Shown here piece after piece: positions 36,858 through 46,217 of a stretch of 64,000 nucleotides of DNA; the stretch's first letter is position 1; the number at the start of each line of letters is the position of its first letter. The DNA comes from Syntrophorhabdaceae bacterium (GTDB lineage: Bacteria; Desulfobacterota; Syntrophorhabdia; Syntrophorhabdales; Syntrophorhabdaceae), in the NCBI GenBank assembly GCA_963665295.1, contig OY762209.1:2144001-2208000 (forward strand). The letters run 5' to 3'. Both the position numbers and the translations under genes were made by a program. The notes under the pieces are model-generated. The model was not told the origin of the DNA and did not search any database. It saw nothing but the letters and a program-made list of their open reading frames with translations.

Positions 36858-37610
36858 ATGAAGCTAGAGGGCAAGAATGCCGTTGTCACTGGTGGTGGAC
36901 GGGGGGTAGGGAAAGCTATCAGTCTCGGATTTGCGGCGGAAGGCGCAAATGTCGTGGTGAATTATGCCGGAAACCAGACAGCCGCCGATGAAGTGGTAAA
37001 GATGATCCAGGATATGGGCAGGAAGGCGATCGCGGTAAAGGGCGATGTAGGCCAGGAAGAGGATGCGAAGAAAGTTGTAGACGCGTGCGTGGAAAATTTT
37101 GGTTCCATTGAAATACTTGTGAACAACGCGGGAATCTCGAAACCGAGCATGTTACACAAGCTGACCGTACCCACATGGGACGAGGTAGTGAATGTACAGA
37201 TGAGAGGCCCATGGCTTACCATCAAAGCAGCGTCGAAATACTTTATGGAGAAAAAGTACGGGAGGATCATAAACGTCACGTCCGTGGCGGGTGTGGTCGG
37301 GACTACGGGACAGATCAACTATGCCGCGGCTAAGGGCGGGGTTATATCTTTGACCAAATCAGCGGCTCGCGAACTTGCGAAGTACAACGTGACGGCTAAT
37401 GTTATCTCCCTCGGTATAGTTACCACCGATATGACCCACACGATTTCAACCGACGAAAAGCTCAAGGAGATCTATACGAGAAGGATCCTCCTTGGCAGAT
37501 ATGCAGAACCAGAAGATGTGTCACCAGCCTTTGTGTTTTTTGCTTCAGACGACTCAAGATACATTACGGGTCAGCTCCTGGCCGTAGATGGTGGTTACGG
37601 GTTGACGTAA
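36858..37610 (+). CDS. Short-chain dehydrogenase/reductase (FabG-like 3-oxoacyl/3-hydroxyacyl-CoA oxidoreductase)
   Basis: TGGGRGVG, NNAG, YAAAK and YITGQ..VDGG motifs. Confidence 0.93.
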   Translation: MKLEGKNAVVTGGGRGVGKAISLGFAAEGANVVVNYAGNQTAADEVVKMIQDMGRKAIAVKGDVGQEEDAKKVVDACVENFGSIEILVNNAGISKPSMLHKLTVPTWDEVVNVQMRGPWLTIKAASKYFMEKKYGRIINVTSVAGVVGTTGQINYAAAKGGVISLTKSAARELAKYNVTANVISLGIVTTDMTHTISTDEKLKEIYTRRILLGRYAEPEDVSPAFVFFASDDSRYITGQLLAVDGGYGLT

Positions 37611-37664
37611 AAAGCAGGGGGGTGATAGTCCGAGTCTGACATTAAATAAATGGGAGGTGTTTCG

Positions 37665-38774
37665 ATGGCTGATGTACCAACAACGATAAAGCAGTGGCAG
37701 ATGGTTCAACCGACTACGTTTAACAGAGAAACAAAAGAGGTGACTCCAGGCAAACTCGCAGTGGCTGAGATACCGGTGCCTGAATTGAAAGAAGGTGAAG
37801 TACTGGTCCAGGTGGCGGGCTGTGGCGTGTGCCATACCGACCTTGGATACTTCTATGATTACGTTCCGACAGTGAGCAAACCACCTCTGGCCCTGGGTCA
37901 TGAGATAGCCGGCGTAGTAGTGGCCGGAGACCCTGCATGGATCGGGAAAGAAGTAATCATTCCCGCAGTTATGCCTTGCAGAAAGTGCATACTCTGTAAG
38001 ACAGGCAGAGGCAACAGATGCCTCGCCCAGAAGATGCCTGGAAACAGCATCGGCGTATACGGCGGTTTCGCAAGCCATATCCCGGTTCCCACGGTAGACC
38101 TTTGCGAAGTGAAGAACAGAGGAAGCTATGCCCTTGAGCAGCTCGCCGTAGTAGCGGACGCAGTTACCACCCCGTATCAGGCAGCGAAAAGAGCAGACCT
38201 GCAGCCTGGCGATAACGTAATCATCATCGGCGCAACCGGTGGCGTAGGCGTATACATGGCACAGACCGCAAAAGCCCTCGGCGCAAAGAGCGTTATCGGT
38301 ATCGCACGTAACCCGGAGAAACTGAAAAGGGCACTGGAATTCGGCTGCGACGCCGTGATCAGCACCCTTGACAAGACAAACAAGGATGTCGTAGGCGAGT
38401 GGAGAGCTTACATGAAGGCGAACGGCCTTGCCAACACAGGCTGGAAGATATTCGAAGTAACAGGTTCAAAGGCCGGACAGGATCTCGCTCTTGACCTTCT
38501 GTCGTTCGTCGGCAAGCTGATCCTCGTCGGTTTCGGCATGGCGAAGACCGAGTATATGTTCTCCAAGCTGATGGCCTTTGACGCGGAAGTTATCGGAACA
38601 TGGGGCTGCCTGCCTGAGTACTATCCGATCGTCCTCGATATGGTCCTCTCCAAGAAGATCGTAATCGATCCGTTTGTCGAAGTAAGGAAGATGAGCACCA
38701 TCGCCGCTACATTTGACGAGATTCACAAAGCAGGTTCTCCTGCGAAGAGGGTAGTGTTAACGCCCGATTTTTAG
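37665..38774 (+). CDS. had: 6-hydroxycyclohex-1-ene-1-carbonyl-CoA dehydrogenase (Had/BamQ)
   Basis: Zn-MDR motifs GCGVCHTD, GHE and CRKCILC..C; family-typical QKMPGN, ADAVTTPYQA and KLMAFDA..G.WGC; adjacent to oah and dch. Confidence 0.92.
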   Translation: MADVPTTIKQWQMVQPTTFNRETKEVTPGKLAVAEIPVPELKEGEVLVQVAGCGVCHTDLGYFYDYVPTVSKPPLALGHEIAGVVVAGDPAWIGKEVIIPAVMPCRKCILCKTGRGNRCLAQKMPGNSIGVYGGFASHIPVPTVDLCEVKNRGSYALEQLAVVADAVTTPYQAAKRADLQPGDNVIIIGATGGVGVYMAQTAKALGAKSVIGIARNPEKLKRALEFGCDAVISTLDKTNKDVVGEWRAYMKANGLANTGWKIFEVTGSKAGQDLALDLLSFVGKLILVGFGMAKTEYMFSKLMAFDAEVIGTWGCLPEYYPIVLDMVLSKKIVIDPFVEVRKMSTIAATFDEIHKAGSPAKRVVLTPDF

Positions 38775-38808
38775 TGACGACTAATAAACCTTATAAGGAG
38801 GAAAAAGT

Positions 38809-39951
38809 ATGTTAAGCTGGATGCCAAGAGAAGAATCAATGAAAGACCATAGCAGACACGGCGAGAACCACTGGGGAACGGAAGCTCCCTGCACCGTGTA
38901 CGAAAAAAAGCCCCTCACCGACCCGAAGGGCAATGTAATCCCGGGTCTCTATACGGCATGGATCAGACTGAACAACCCGAACCAGTATAACTCCTATACC
39001 ACCGAGATGGTAAAAGGCGTAATCGCCGGTTTCGAAAATTCCTCGACAGACCGCTCGGTCGTAGCCGTTGTTTTCACCGGCACAGGCCCGAACGCCTTCT
39101 GTACGGGCGGCAACACGAAAGAGTATTCAGAATATTACAGCATGCGTCCGGAAGAGTACGGCTCATACATGGAACTCTTCAACAACATGGTAGACAGCAT
39201 ATTAATGTGCAAGAAACCGGTCATCAGCCGTGTAAACGGCATGAGAGTTGCCGGCGGCCAGGAAATCGGTCTTGCCTGTGACCTCGCAATCTCCTCCGAC
39301 CTCGCGATCTACGGTCAGGCAGGTCCCCGTCATGGTTCAGCCCCTGTGGGCGGCTCCTCTGACTTCCTTCCGTGGTTCCTTACCGCTGAGGATGCAATGT
39401 GGAACTGCGTAAGCTGCGAAATGTGGTCCGCATATAAGATGAAAGCAAAGAACCTTATCTCCAAGGCAGTGCCTGTCCTGAAAGACGACAAGGGCGCCTG
39501 GGTAAGGAACCCTCAGGTCATCACCGAAGCATACGTCAAAGACGGCGAGATCGTTTATGGCGAGAACAAGACCGGTGACGAGGGCAAAGCGGCAAGAGCA
39601 TGGGTCAACGACAAACTGAAAAAGGGCGAGTATGACTTCTCACTCCTTGACGCAGAAGTCAACAAAGTAGTCTGGACCTTCGCAAATCTGTTCCCCGGCT
39701 GCTTGAACAAGTCAATCGACGGCATCCGTCAGAAAAAGAAATTCTTCTGGGATACCATGAAGAACGACCACAGATACTGGCTGGCCACAAACATGATGGG
39801 AGAAGCCTATCTTGGTTTCGGCGCATTCAACTGCAAGAAGATCACGGGCAGAGACACCATCGATTTCATCAAGAACCGTCAGCTGATCGCCGAAGGCGCA
39901 CTGGTAGACGACAAGTTCTTTGCAGCAGTAATGGGCGAGCCCCTGAAATAG
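38809..39951 (+). CDS. oah: 6-oxocyclohex-1-ene-1-carbonyl-CoA hydrolase (Oah/BamA)
   Basis: NPNQYNSYTTEMVKGVI, FCTGGNTKEYSEYY, GGQEIG and QAGPRHGSAPVGGSSDFLP motifs. Confidence 0.95.
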   Translation: MLSWMPREESMKDHSRHGENHWGTEAPCTVYEKKPLTDPKGNVIPGLYTAWIRLNNPNQYNSYTTEMVKGVIAGFENSSTDRSVVAVVFTGTGPNAFCTGGNTKEYSEYYSMRPEEYGSYMELFNNMVDSILMCKKPVISRVNGMRVAGGQEIGLACDLAISSDLAIYGQAGPRHGSAPVGGSSDFLPWFLTAEDAMWNCVSCEMWSAYKMKAKNLISKAVPVLKDDKGAWVRNPQVITEAYVKDGEIVYGENKTGDEGKAARAWVNDKLKKGEYDFSLLDAEVNKVVWTFANLFPGCLNKSIDGIRQKKKFFWDTMKNDHRYWLATNMMGEAYLGFGAFNCKKITGRDTIDFIKNRQLIAEGALVDDKFFAAVMGEPLK

Positions 39952-39965
39952 TAACGAATAAGCAG

Positions 39966-39993
39966 AAGGGGGGGTATATCCCCCCCTTTTTTT
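39966..39993 (+). terminator. Rho-independent terminator after oah
   Basis: G7-TATAT-C7 followed by T7. Confidence 0.85.
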
Positions 39994-40112
39994 ACATGTT
40001 TTACATCCATCAGCGTGAGACATGACGGGTAACGCCTGGAATGAGAATCGCAGTGCTTCCTTAACGGCGTTAAGCCGTCCGCGCTCCGCTCAAGAAAGAA
40101 GGGAGAATTACC

Positions 40113-40883
40113 ATGGGCTTTAATCACATCGTATATGAAAAAAAGGATAAGACAGCACGGATAACCCTCAATGTGCCTGTGTCAAACTGGCTCACCATCC
40201 TGATGATGAAAGAGATCAACGAGGTTATCCTTGAGGTAAAGAAGGACCCCACAGTACAGCTCCTGATATTTGACCACGCGGGAGAGAAGGCGTTTTGCGA
40301 CGGCGTTGACGTTGCAGACCACACACCGGACAAAGTTAATGAAATGATCGAAGTGTTCCACAGGATGTTTCGTCTTATGGCCGAACTCGATGCGACTACC
40401 GTGGCAGTGGTGAACGGAAGGTCCCTGGGCGGCGGATGCGAGCTCATGGCCTTCTGCGACATCGTGATCGCCTCTGAGAAATCCAGAATAGGCCAGCCTG
40501 AAATCGCCGTCGGCGTGTTCCCTCCTGTCGCAGCGGCATGGTTCCCGAAGATCATCGGTCTCAAGAAGACCTACGAACTGCTTCTTACGGGAAAGGTCAT
40601 CAGCGCGAAGGAAGCGGAGGCCATCGGCCTCGTCAATGTAGTCCTTCCCGTAGAGAATTTCAAGGAAGGCGTTGAGAAGTTTCTCGCGGAATTCCTGAAC
40701 AAGAGCAGGCCGGTGGCCATGTGGACGAGACGGGCCATCAAAGCCGGACTCAATGTGGATTTTCTCGAAGCCCTCAAGGCATCTGAGATGATTTACCTTC
40801 ACGACTGCATGAAGACGGTAGATGCGAACGAAGGTATTTCTGCATTCATGGAAAAGAGAAAAGCGGTCTGGCAGGATAAGTAG
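40113..40883 (+). CDS. dch: Enoyl-CoA hydratase, probably cyclohexa-1,5-diene-1-carbonyl-CoA hydratase (Dch/BamR)
   Basis: Crotonase fold with GVDVADH, GGGCEL and GQPEIAVGVFPP motifs; follows had-oah. Confidence 0.82.
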   Translation: MGFNHIVYEKKDKTARITLNVPVSNWLTILMMKEINEVILEVKKDPTVQLLIFDHAGEKAFCDGVDVADHTPDKVNEMIEVFHRMFRLMAELDATTVAVVNGRSLGGGCELMAFCDIVIASEKSRIGQPEIAVGVFPPVAAAWFPKIIGLKKTYELLLTGKVISAKEAEAIGLVNVVLPVENFKEGVEKFLAEFLNKSRPVAMWTRRAIKAGLNVDFLEALKASEMIYLHDCMKTVDANEGISAFMEKRKAVWQDK

Positions 40884-40892
40884 GACCCTTTC

Positions 40893-42065
40893 ATGCTTTA
40901 CGCACCAAAAGAAGAGATTGACAGCAGAATCAGCAAGCTGAAGGTTTTAATGGAAAAGGCCTCTCTCGATGGGGCCTTTTTCCACTACAAAATCGACTAT
41001 TACTACCTGTCGGGGACCATGCAGGACTGCCTGCTCTTCGTGCCTCTCGACGGAGACCCCGTGTTGTTCGTCAGGCAGGAGATATCGAGGGCGCGGCGGG
41101 AATCGCCCCTTGACGGGATCGTGTCTATACGGTCGTTCAGGGATATTGCCTCCCATATTAAGCCCATGAAGAGGGTCGGCGCCCAACTCGATGTCATCCC
41201 CTATAACGACGTACTCAAGTTCAAGGAGATTATAGGCGATGTGGAACTTGTCAACGTGTCGCCTCTCACCAAGGAACTGAGGAAGATAAAATCGGCCTTC
41301 GAGATCAAGCTGATGGAGCGGGCCGCGGCAATACAGAAGAAGGTGTATGCCCTTGTTCCGGAGATACTGAAGGAAGGAATGACGGAAATCGAGGTGGGCG
41401 GTATCCTGGAGGGCTACGCGAAGAAGCTCGGACATGAGGGTCTGTTGCGCACAAGGTCCCTCAACTACGAGGCCTACACGTGGCACATCATCAGCGGCCG
41501 CACAGGGAGTATCGTGAGCCAGTCGGATTCTCCCATGGGGGGCCTGGGCTTGTCTCCCGCCTTCCCTGTAGGGGCAAGCATGAAGAAGATCAGGAGGAAT
41601 GAGCCGATCCTCATTGATTTCGGCATCTGCTACCACGGCTATCAGGTCGATCAGACGAGGATGTACGCCGTTGGGGCCATGCCCGATATTTTTGTAAAGG
41701 CCTACGAAGCATGCCGGGAGATCCATTACAGGGTCCTCGACAAGGTGGTTGAAGGCATGGTGAGCCGGGACCTCTTCGAATACTCGAAGAGACTTGCCGA
41801 TGAGATGGGCTTCGGCGACGTATATCTTGGCTACAAGCCCCATAAAGTAAGGTTTCTTGCCCACGGCATAGGCATTGAGCTCTCCGAGTTTCCCTTCATA
41901 GCCGCGACCCATGACTACCCCATCGAGGAGGGTATGGTTTTTGCCATTGAACCGAAGATGGTCTTCCCGAAGAAGGGCGCATGCGGCGTGGAGAACACGG
42001 TCCTCATCGAAAAAGGAGGTTACAGGGTTTTGACAGACATTGATGAAAAAATCACTGTCCTATGA
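40893..42065 (+). CDS. M24 family (Xaa-Pro) peptidase-like protein
   Basis: LRKIKS..EI, DFG..GYQVDQTR, HGIG, AIEPK and GVENT motifs. Confidence 0.9.
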   Translation: MLYAPKEEIDSRISKLKVLMEKASLDGAFFHYKIDYYYLSGTMQDCLLFVPLDGDPVLFVRQEISRARRESPLDGIVSIRSFRDIASHIKPMKRVGAQLDVIPYNDVLKFKEIIGDVELVNVSPLTKELRKIKSAFEIKLMERAAAIQKKVYALVPEILKEGMTEIEVGGILEGYAKKLGHEGLLRTRSLNYEAYTWHIISGRTGSIVSQSDSPMGGLGLSPAFPVGASMKKIRRNEPILIDFGICYHGYQVDQTRMYAVGAMPDIFVKAYEACREIHYRVLDKVVEGMVSRDLFEYSKRLADEMGFGDVYLGYKPHKVRFLAHGIGIELSEFPFIAATHDYPIEEGMVFAIEPKMVFPKKGACGVENTVLIEKGGYRVLTDIDEKITVL

Positions 42066-42862
42066 AAATCCTGTTTTCCACAGGGTGTCTTTTTCACCTT
42101 CCCCTAAAAGACGTTTTCCATATTGCGCAAAGAGCCGGATTCGAGGGCTGTGATCTCGTAATTGACGGCCGATTCAACGATGCCCGTTTCATGGACAGGG
42201 TGATGGAGTGCCTTGAGATACTCCCTGTATATTCGGTTCACGCTCCCTTTGTGAAGATGCGCACATGGGGCTCGGAGCATGACGCCCTGGCCCGTACCGT
42301 GGAGATCGCAAAGACCGTGGGCGCGGGGGCGGTGAACTTCCATCCTCCCTCGTGGTACACTATGGAGATGAAATTTTTCAAATGGTTCAGAGGGGTACGG
42401 GACTTCCAGGATGAATTCGGATGCGGCCATTGCTGCCTTTCGCTGGAGAACATGGCCCTTGTGGGAAAGAGGCTTATGTTGACCCCCCACGTGCTCAACG
42501 GATATGAAGACCTGATAGCCTTCGGTATGGAAAGGAACCTTTATTTCACCTTCGACACCACCCACCTCGCCAGTTTCGGGAGCGATGTGACTGCGGCTTT
42601 TCTAAAGTATTATCACACAAAGCGGCTGAAGAACATCCATGTGAGCGATTACGCCGCCTACAAGAGTCACCTGTTTCTGGGAAGGGGCGAGCTTCCTTTC
42701 GCGCGGCTTCTCAACACCGCAAGGAGACTCGGCTATGATGAACTGGTTACCCTTGAACTGGCCCCCCATGAGCTTCCGAAGACACGGGACTGGCTTATCA
42801 GGATGCTCGGGTATCAGGCATCTTTTCTGAAATTACACCTGGGGGTGGCTGGAGATGAGTAG
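42062..42862 (+). CDS. Sugar-phosphate isomerase/AP endonuclease 2 TIM-barrel protein
   Basis: SVHAPF, LENM, FDTTH, HVSD, HL..G.G and TLE motifs. Confidence 0.85.
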   Translation: MKILFSTGCLFHLPLKDVFHIAQRAGFEGCDLVIDGRFNDARFMDRVMECLEILPVYSVHAPFVKMRTWGSEHDALARTVEIAKTVGAGAVNFHPPSWYTMEMKFFKWFRGVRDFQDEFGCGHCCLSLENMALVGKRLMLTPHVLNGYEDLIAFGMERNLYFTFDTTHLASFGSDVTAAFLKYYHTKRLKNIHVSDYAAYKSHLFLGRGELPFARLLNTARRLGYDELVTLELAPHELPKTRDWLIRMLGYQASFLKLHLGVAGDE

Positions 42863-44207
42863 GAAGACGGTCTTTGTCTGCGAAGGGTGCGGGTACGAGA
42901 CCTCCAAGTGGCTGGGGAAATGCCCCAGATGTTCGGGGTGGGATACCATCAAGGAATTCAAGATCGAGAATGATGAGATTTCCGCGCCGGAGAAACCCGT
43001 TCTCGTGAGCGAGGAGGATTTGACCGAGGAGCGGGTGACCCTCGGCATCGAGGAGATGGACAGGGTGCTGGGCGGCGGCCTGACGTGCGGTTCGGCCATC
43101 CTTCTCGGAGGCGACCCGGGCATAGGGAAGACGACCTTATGTTTCGAGATTGCGTCGAAGATGGTGGAACTGGGCTTCAAGGTCCTCTATGTTTCCGGAG
43201 AGGAGTCCCTCCGTCAGCTTTCCGCGAGGAGGAAGCGGCTCCTGCTGGAAAAACCCTTTCCCCTTCTTACCACGAACCGCATGGAGGATATCCTCCATGC
43301 CTTGGGCGAAGTGGCTTACAACCTTGTGATCATAGATTCCATCCAATCGGTGTATAATTCAAGACTCCCCATGCTGCCGGGAAGCGTGAGTCAGATCAAG
43401 GATGTATCATCGCGGCTCATACGGGAGATGAAGAGGCAGGAGACGGCCCACATTTTCATAGGGCACGTGACCAAGGAAGGGGCTATCGCCGGACCGAAGA
43501 TCCTCGAACACATGGTGGACACAGTGCTCTATTTCGAGGGGGACAAGACCCTGCCTTACAGGATGCTCCGGGCCATAAAGAACCGGTACGGCTCGGTAGA
43601 TGAGGTGGGCATCTTCCAGATGCAGAAAGAAGGCCTTGTGAGCGTGGAGAACGCGTCCCAGTTCTTTGTTGCGGAGAGAGGGGATATCGGCACGGGAAGC
43701 GCCCTTTTCCCTCACATCACGGGATCGAGACCGATAATACTCGAGGTCCAGGCCATTACCCCCAAGACGAATTTCGCCATGCCGAAAAGGTTATCCCTGG
43801 GGTATGACATGAACCGGCTCTATATCCTTATCGCGGTTATCGAAAAGGTCCTCGGCAAGACGCTCTTCGACAGGGATGTGTATATAAACGTGACGAGCGG
43901 CATGAAAGTGGGCGAAACCGCCATCGACCTCCCTGTGGCAGCCTCCATCCTCTCCAGTTTTCTCGATGTGAGCCTGGGGAAAGATACGGCGCTCCTGGGT
44001 GAGGTGGGCCTCACAGGCGAGATACGCCGCGTGGCAGGCATCGATTCAAGGGTGAAAGAGTGTGAGAGACTCGGAATTACGAGGGTATTTTGCCCGAGAG
44101 GGGCGGAAGAGATTAAAGGCATGGAGATCGTGCCTCTGAAAAACATCAAGGAGCTTTACCACCATATTACCCGGAAAAACGCGTCCCCGGCCTCGACGCC
44201 CGCGTGA
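42855..44207 (+). CDS. radA: DNA repair protein RadA/Sms
   Basis: CxxC..CxxC zinc finger, GDPGIGKT, GHVTKEGAIAGP, KNRYG and GEVGLTGE motifs. Confidence 0.96.
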   Translation: MSRKTVFVCEGCGYETSKWLGKCPRCSGWDTIKEFKIENDEISAPEKPVLVSEEDLTEERVTLGIEEMDRVLGGGLTCGSAILLGGDPGIGKTTLCFEIASKMVELGFKVLYVSGEESLRQLSARRKRLLLEKPFPLLTTNRMEDILHALGEVAYNLVIIDSIQSVYNSRLPMLPGSVSQIKDVSSRLIREMKRQETAHIFIGHVTKEGAIAGPKILEHMVDTVLYFEGDKTLPYRMLRAIKNRYGSVDEVGIFQMQKEGLVSVENASQFFVAERGDIGTGSALFPHITGSRPIILEVQAITPKTNFAMPKRLSLGYDMNRLYILIAVIEKVLGKTLFDRDVYINVTSGMKVGETAIDLPVAASILSSFLDVSLGKDTALLGEVGLTGEIRRVAGIDSRVKECERLGITRVFCPRGAEEIKGMEIVPLKNIKELYHHITRKNASPASTPA

Positions 44208-44219
44208 ATACCGACGACC

Positions 44220-44945
44220 CTAGCCTCTCTTGAAGATGTTATATTTGAGGATGCAATAGAGGGCCCTGAGCCCGTCCTTCCAGTTTATCTTTTTACCGTC
44301 TTGGTATGTCCTTCCATAATAGGAAATGCCCACCTCGTATATCCTGATCCCCGGAACGCGGGCGATCTTGGCAGTCACTTCCGGCTCAAACCCGAAGCGG
44401 TTCTCCTCCAGACGGATGCCCTGTATTATGGGCGTCCTGAAGAGCTTGTAGCATGTCTCCATATCGGTGAGGTTAAGATTGGTAAGGAGATTCGAGCATG
44501 ATGTGAGCAACCTGTTGCCGATAGTGTGGAAATAGAAAAGGACCCTGTGCGGGCCGCTTCCCATGAACCGCGACCCATAGACAACGTCGGCGTACCCTTT
44601 CAGGATGGGTTTAAGGAGCAAACCGTATTCGTCGGGGTCATATTCCAGGTCGGCATCCTGAATTATGAGACACTCCCCTGACGCGTTTTTGATGCCGGAA
44701 CGGAGGGCCGCGCCTTTTCCGCGGTTGGCTTCGTGTCTCAAATAGAAGATGTTCGCCGAGGGGTTTGCCTTCCTGTATCGCGTGACTTCATCACCCGTAT
44801 TATCGGAGGAATAGTCGTCAATCACGATCAACTCCTTTTCGATATTGTCCGGGAGAAAAGCATGGTCGATCTGGTCGAGGACCTTGAAAATGGTATTTCC
44901 CTCATTATACGCGGGTACAATTATCGATAGCTTTTTTATTTCCAT
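44220..44945 (-). CDS. Glycosyltransferase family 2 (polyprenol-phosphate glycosyltransferase-like)
   Basis: IVPAYNE, IDDYSSD, GKGAA, QDADLEYDP, DMETCYK and FGFEPE motifs. Confidence 0.93.
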   Translation of the reverse strand: MEIKKLSIIVPAYNEGNTIFKVLDQIDHAFLPDNIEKELIVIDDYSSDNTGDEVTRYRKANPSANIFYLRHEANRGKGAALRSGIKNASGECLIIQDADLEYDPDEYGLLLKPILKGYADVVYGSRFMGSGPHRVLFYFHTIGNRLLTSCSNLLTNLNLTDMETCYKLFRTPIIQGIRLEENRFGFEPEVTAKIARVPGIRIYEVGISYYGRTYQDGKKINWKDGLRALYCILKYNIFKRG

Positions 44946-45077
44946 AGTCGTGCCCCTGGTTTGTCGTGTTTTTTATTTCAACTAGTCAAGCCGGCGAATA
45001 TCCCAGACAGTATGACGCACACTCCCAAACTGCGTCAAGGAATTTTTCACACACAAGACCATATGGGGAAACGTTGC

Positions 45078-46208
45078 CTAAGGGGAAGCCGACCCATCCC
45101 GGGATTCGCCTTTTTCCCGGGACATGAGATCCGCCAGCAGTCTCGCGGCAATCTTTACCCCTTCCCCACTCCAGTGACTGTCGTCGATCTGGTAAAGGAT
45201 GGGCCCCTTTTCCCGGTATATCTCGTCAAAGGACTTTTGGAGATCCACAACTTCTACTCCCGCCCTTTCCAGGGTCTCGGTGAGTCTGTTCACAAACACG
45301 GGTTTCTTCTTTGAAGGGAGAAGGTCATAGTAAATATTCTCCTTGTTGGGGATAGGCAGGAAGACGAACCTGATACCCATGCCCTTGAACAGATTGTTGT
45401 ATGAAGTGATCACTTCCACGCTTCTCGCGAGTTGGGCCGGCGCCATGTCCTTGTTGGCCGGGTCCCCGATTATGAAGTGCATCCTGGAGAGTTGACGTTT
45501 CTCCGGCGGCCGGTTGTCGAAGCGCGCGGGGATTGCCATGACGGCCCTTCTCAGGCTTGCACGGCAAAATTGGAGCATGTTGGCCTTGAATACGCGATCC
45601 ACGGGCACGGCGACCCTCTGGACCGGGCGTGCCTCTTTTATGGCGCCTCTCAGGTCAAGGAACTTCTTTTCGACCTCCGACGGGGACGCAAGCTCCGTCT
45701 TCAGGGGCCGCAGGAGGGGGATGTCCCATTCTATAGTAGCCACCACCACCACGCGGGGAGGGCGGCGCAGGAACCGTCGCTCTCTCAGATATGCATTTAC
45801 GCTGGCCGGGGCAAAGGAATATGCCTGCACCCCCGTGTAACGCCCGAGAACCTCAGCGAGGACGTCCTGTTGCGTGAGACCGGCGCCCACCGTATTGGAA
45901 TCGCCGATGACCACCACGTCCGGGTCCGGGACATCATCCCTGTTCCTGTAGCCGAACCGGTCCGTGTACCATTCCACGTGCTTCTTGATGGCGTAGACGG
46001 TATGATGCCCCAGGTCTCCTTCTTCCGTTTTCACCACGTGTTCCAGGGGATAGAAGTATCCGGGCAGCATCTCCTTCAAAGTGTCTATCTTGAGGGACTC
46101 CCACACCCTGAAAGAGAATACGTCGATGGGAAGCACGCAAATCTCCGTGAGAACCAGGGTCGCGAAGGGGATCACGAAAAGCAGACACCGTATGATAAAG
46201 CGTTTCAA
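45078..46208 (-). CDS. SGNH-like O-acetyltransferase (AlgJ/AlgX-related)
   Basis: N-terminal anchor; GDS, PNKENIY and DSHW motifs; downstream of an MBOAT gene. Confidence 0.8.
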   Translation of the reverse strand: MKRFIIRCLLFVIPFATLVLTEICVLPIDVFSFRVWESLKIDTLKEMLPGYFYPLEHVVKTEEGDLGHHTVYAIKKHVEWYTDRFGYRNRDDVPDPDVVVIGDSNTVGAGLTQQDVLAEVLGRYTGVQAYSFAPASVNAYLRERRFLRRPPRVVVVATIEWDIPLLRPLKTELASPSEVEKKFLDLRGAIKEARPVQRVAVPVDRVFKANMLQFCRASLRRAVMAIPARFDNRPPEKRQLSRMHFIIGDPANKDMAPAQLARSVEVITSYNNLFKGMGIRFVFLPIPNKENIYYDLLPSKKKPVFVNRLTETLERAGVEVVDLQKSFDEIYREKGPILYQIDDSHWSGEGVKIAARLLADLMSREKGESRDGSASP

Positions 46209-46217
46209 GGGGCTCCT

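Noticed and set aside
40060..40092. Palindrome TTAACGGCGTTAA between oah and dch as a mobile or regulatory element
   Set aside because: Short, with no clear second copy in the window and no supporting context.
40881..40895. Stop-codon readthrough fusing dch to the M24 gene (and similarly HD-GYP to PilZ at 3702-3713)
   Set aside because: In-frame neighbours occur by chance one time in three; both products are complete and no recoding signal is evident.
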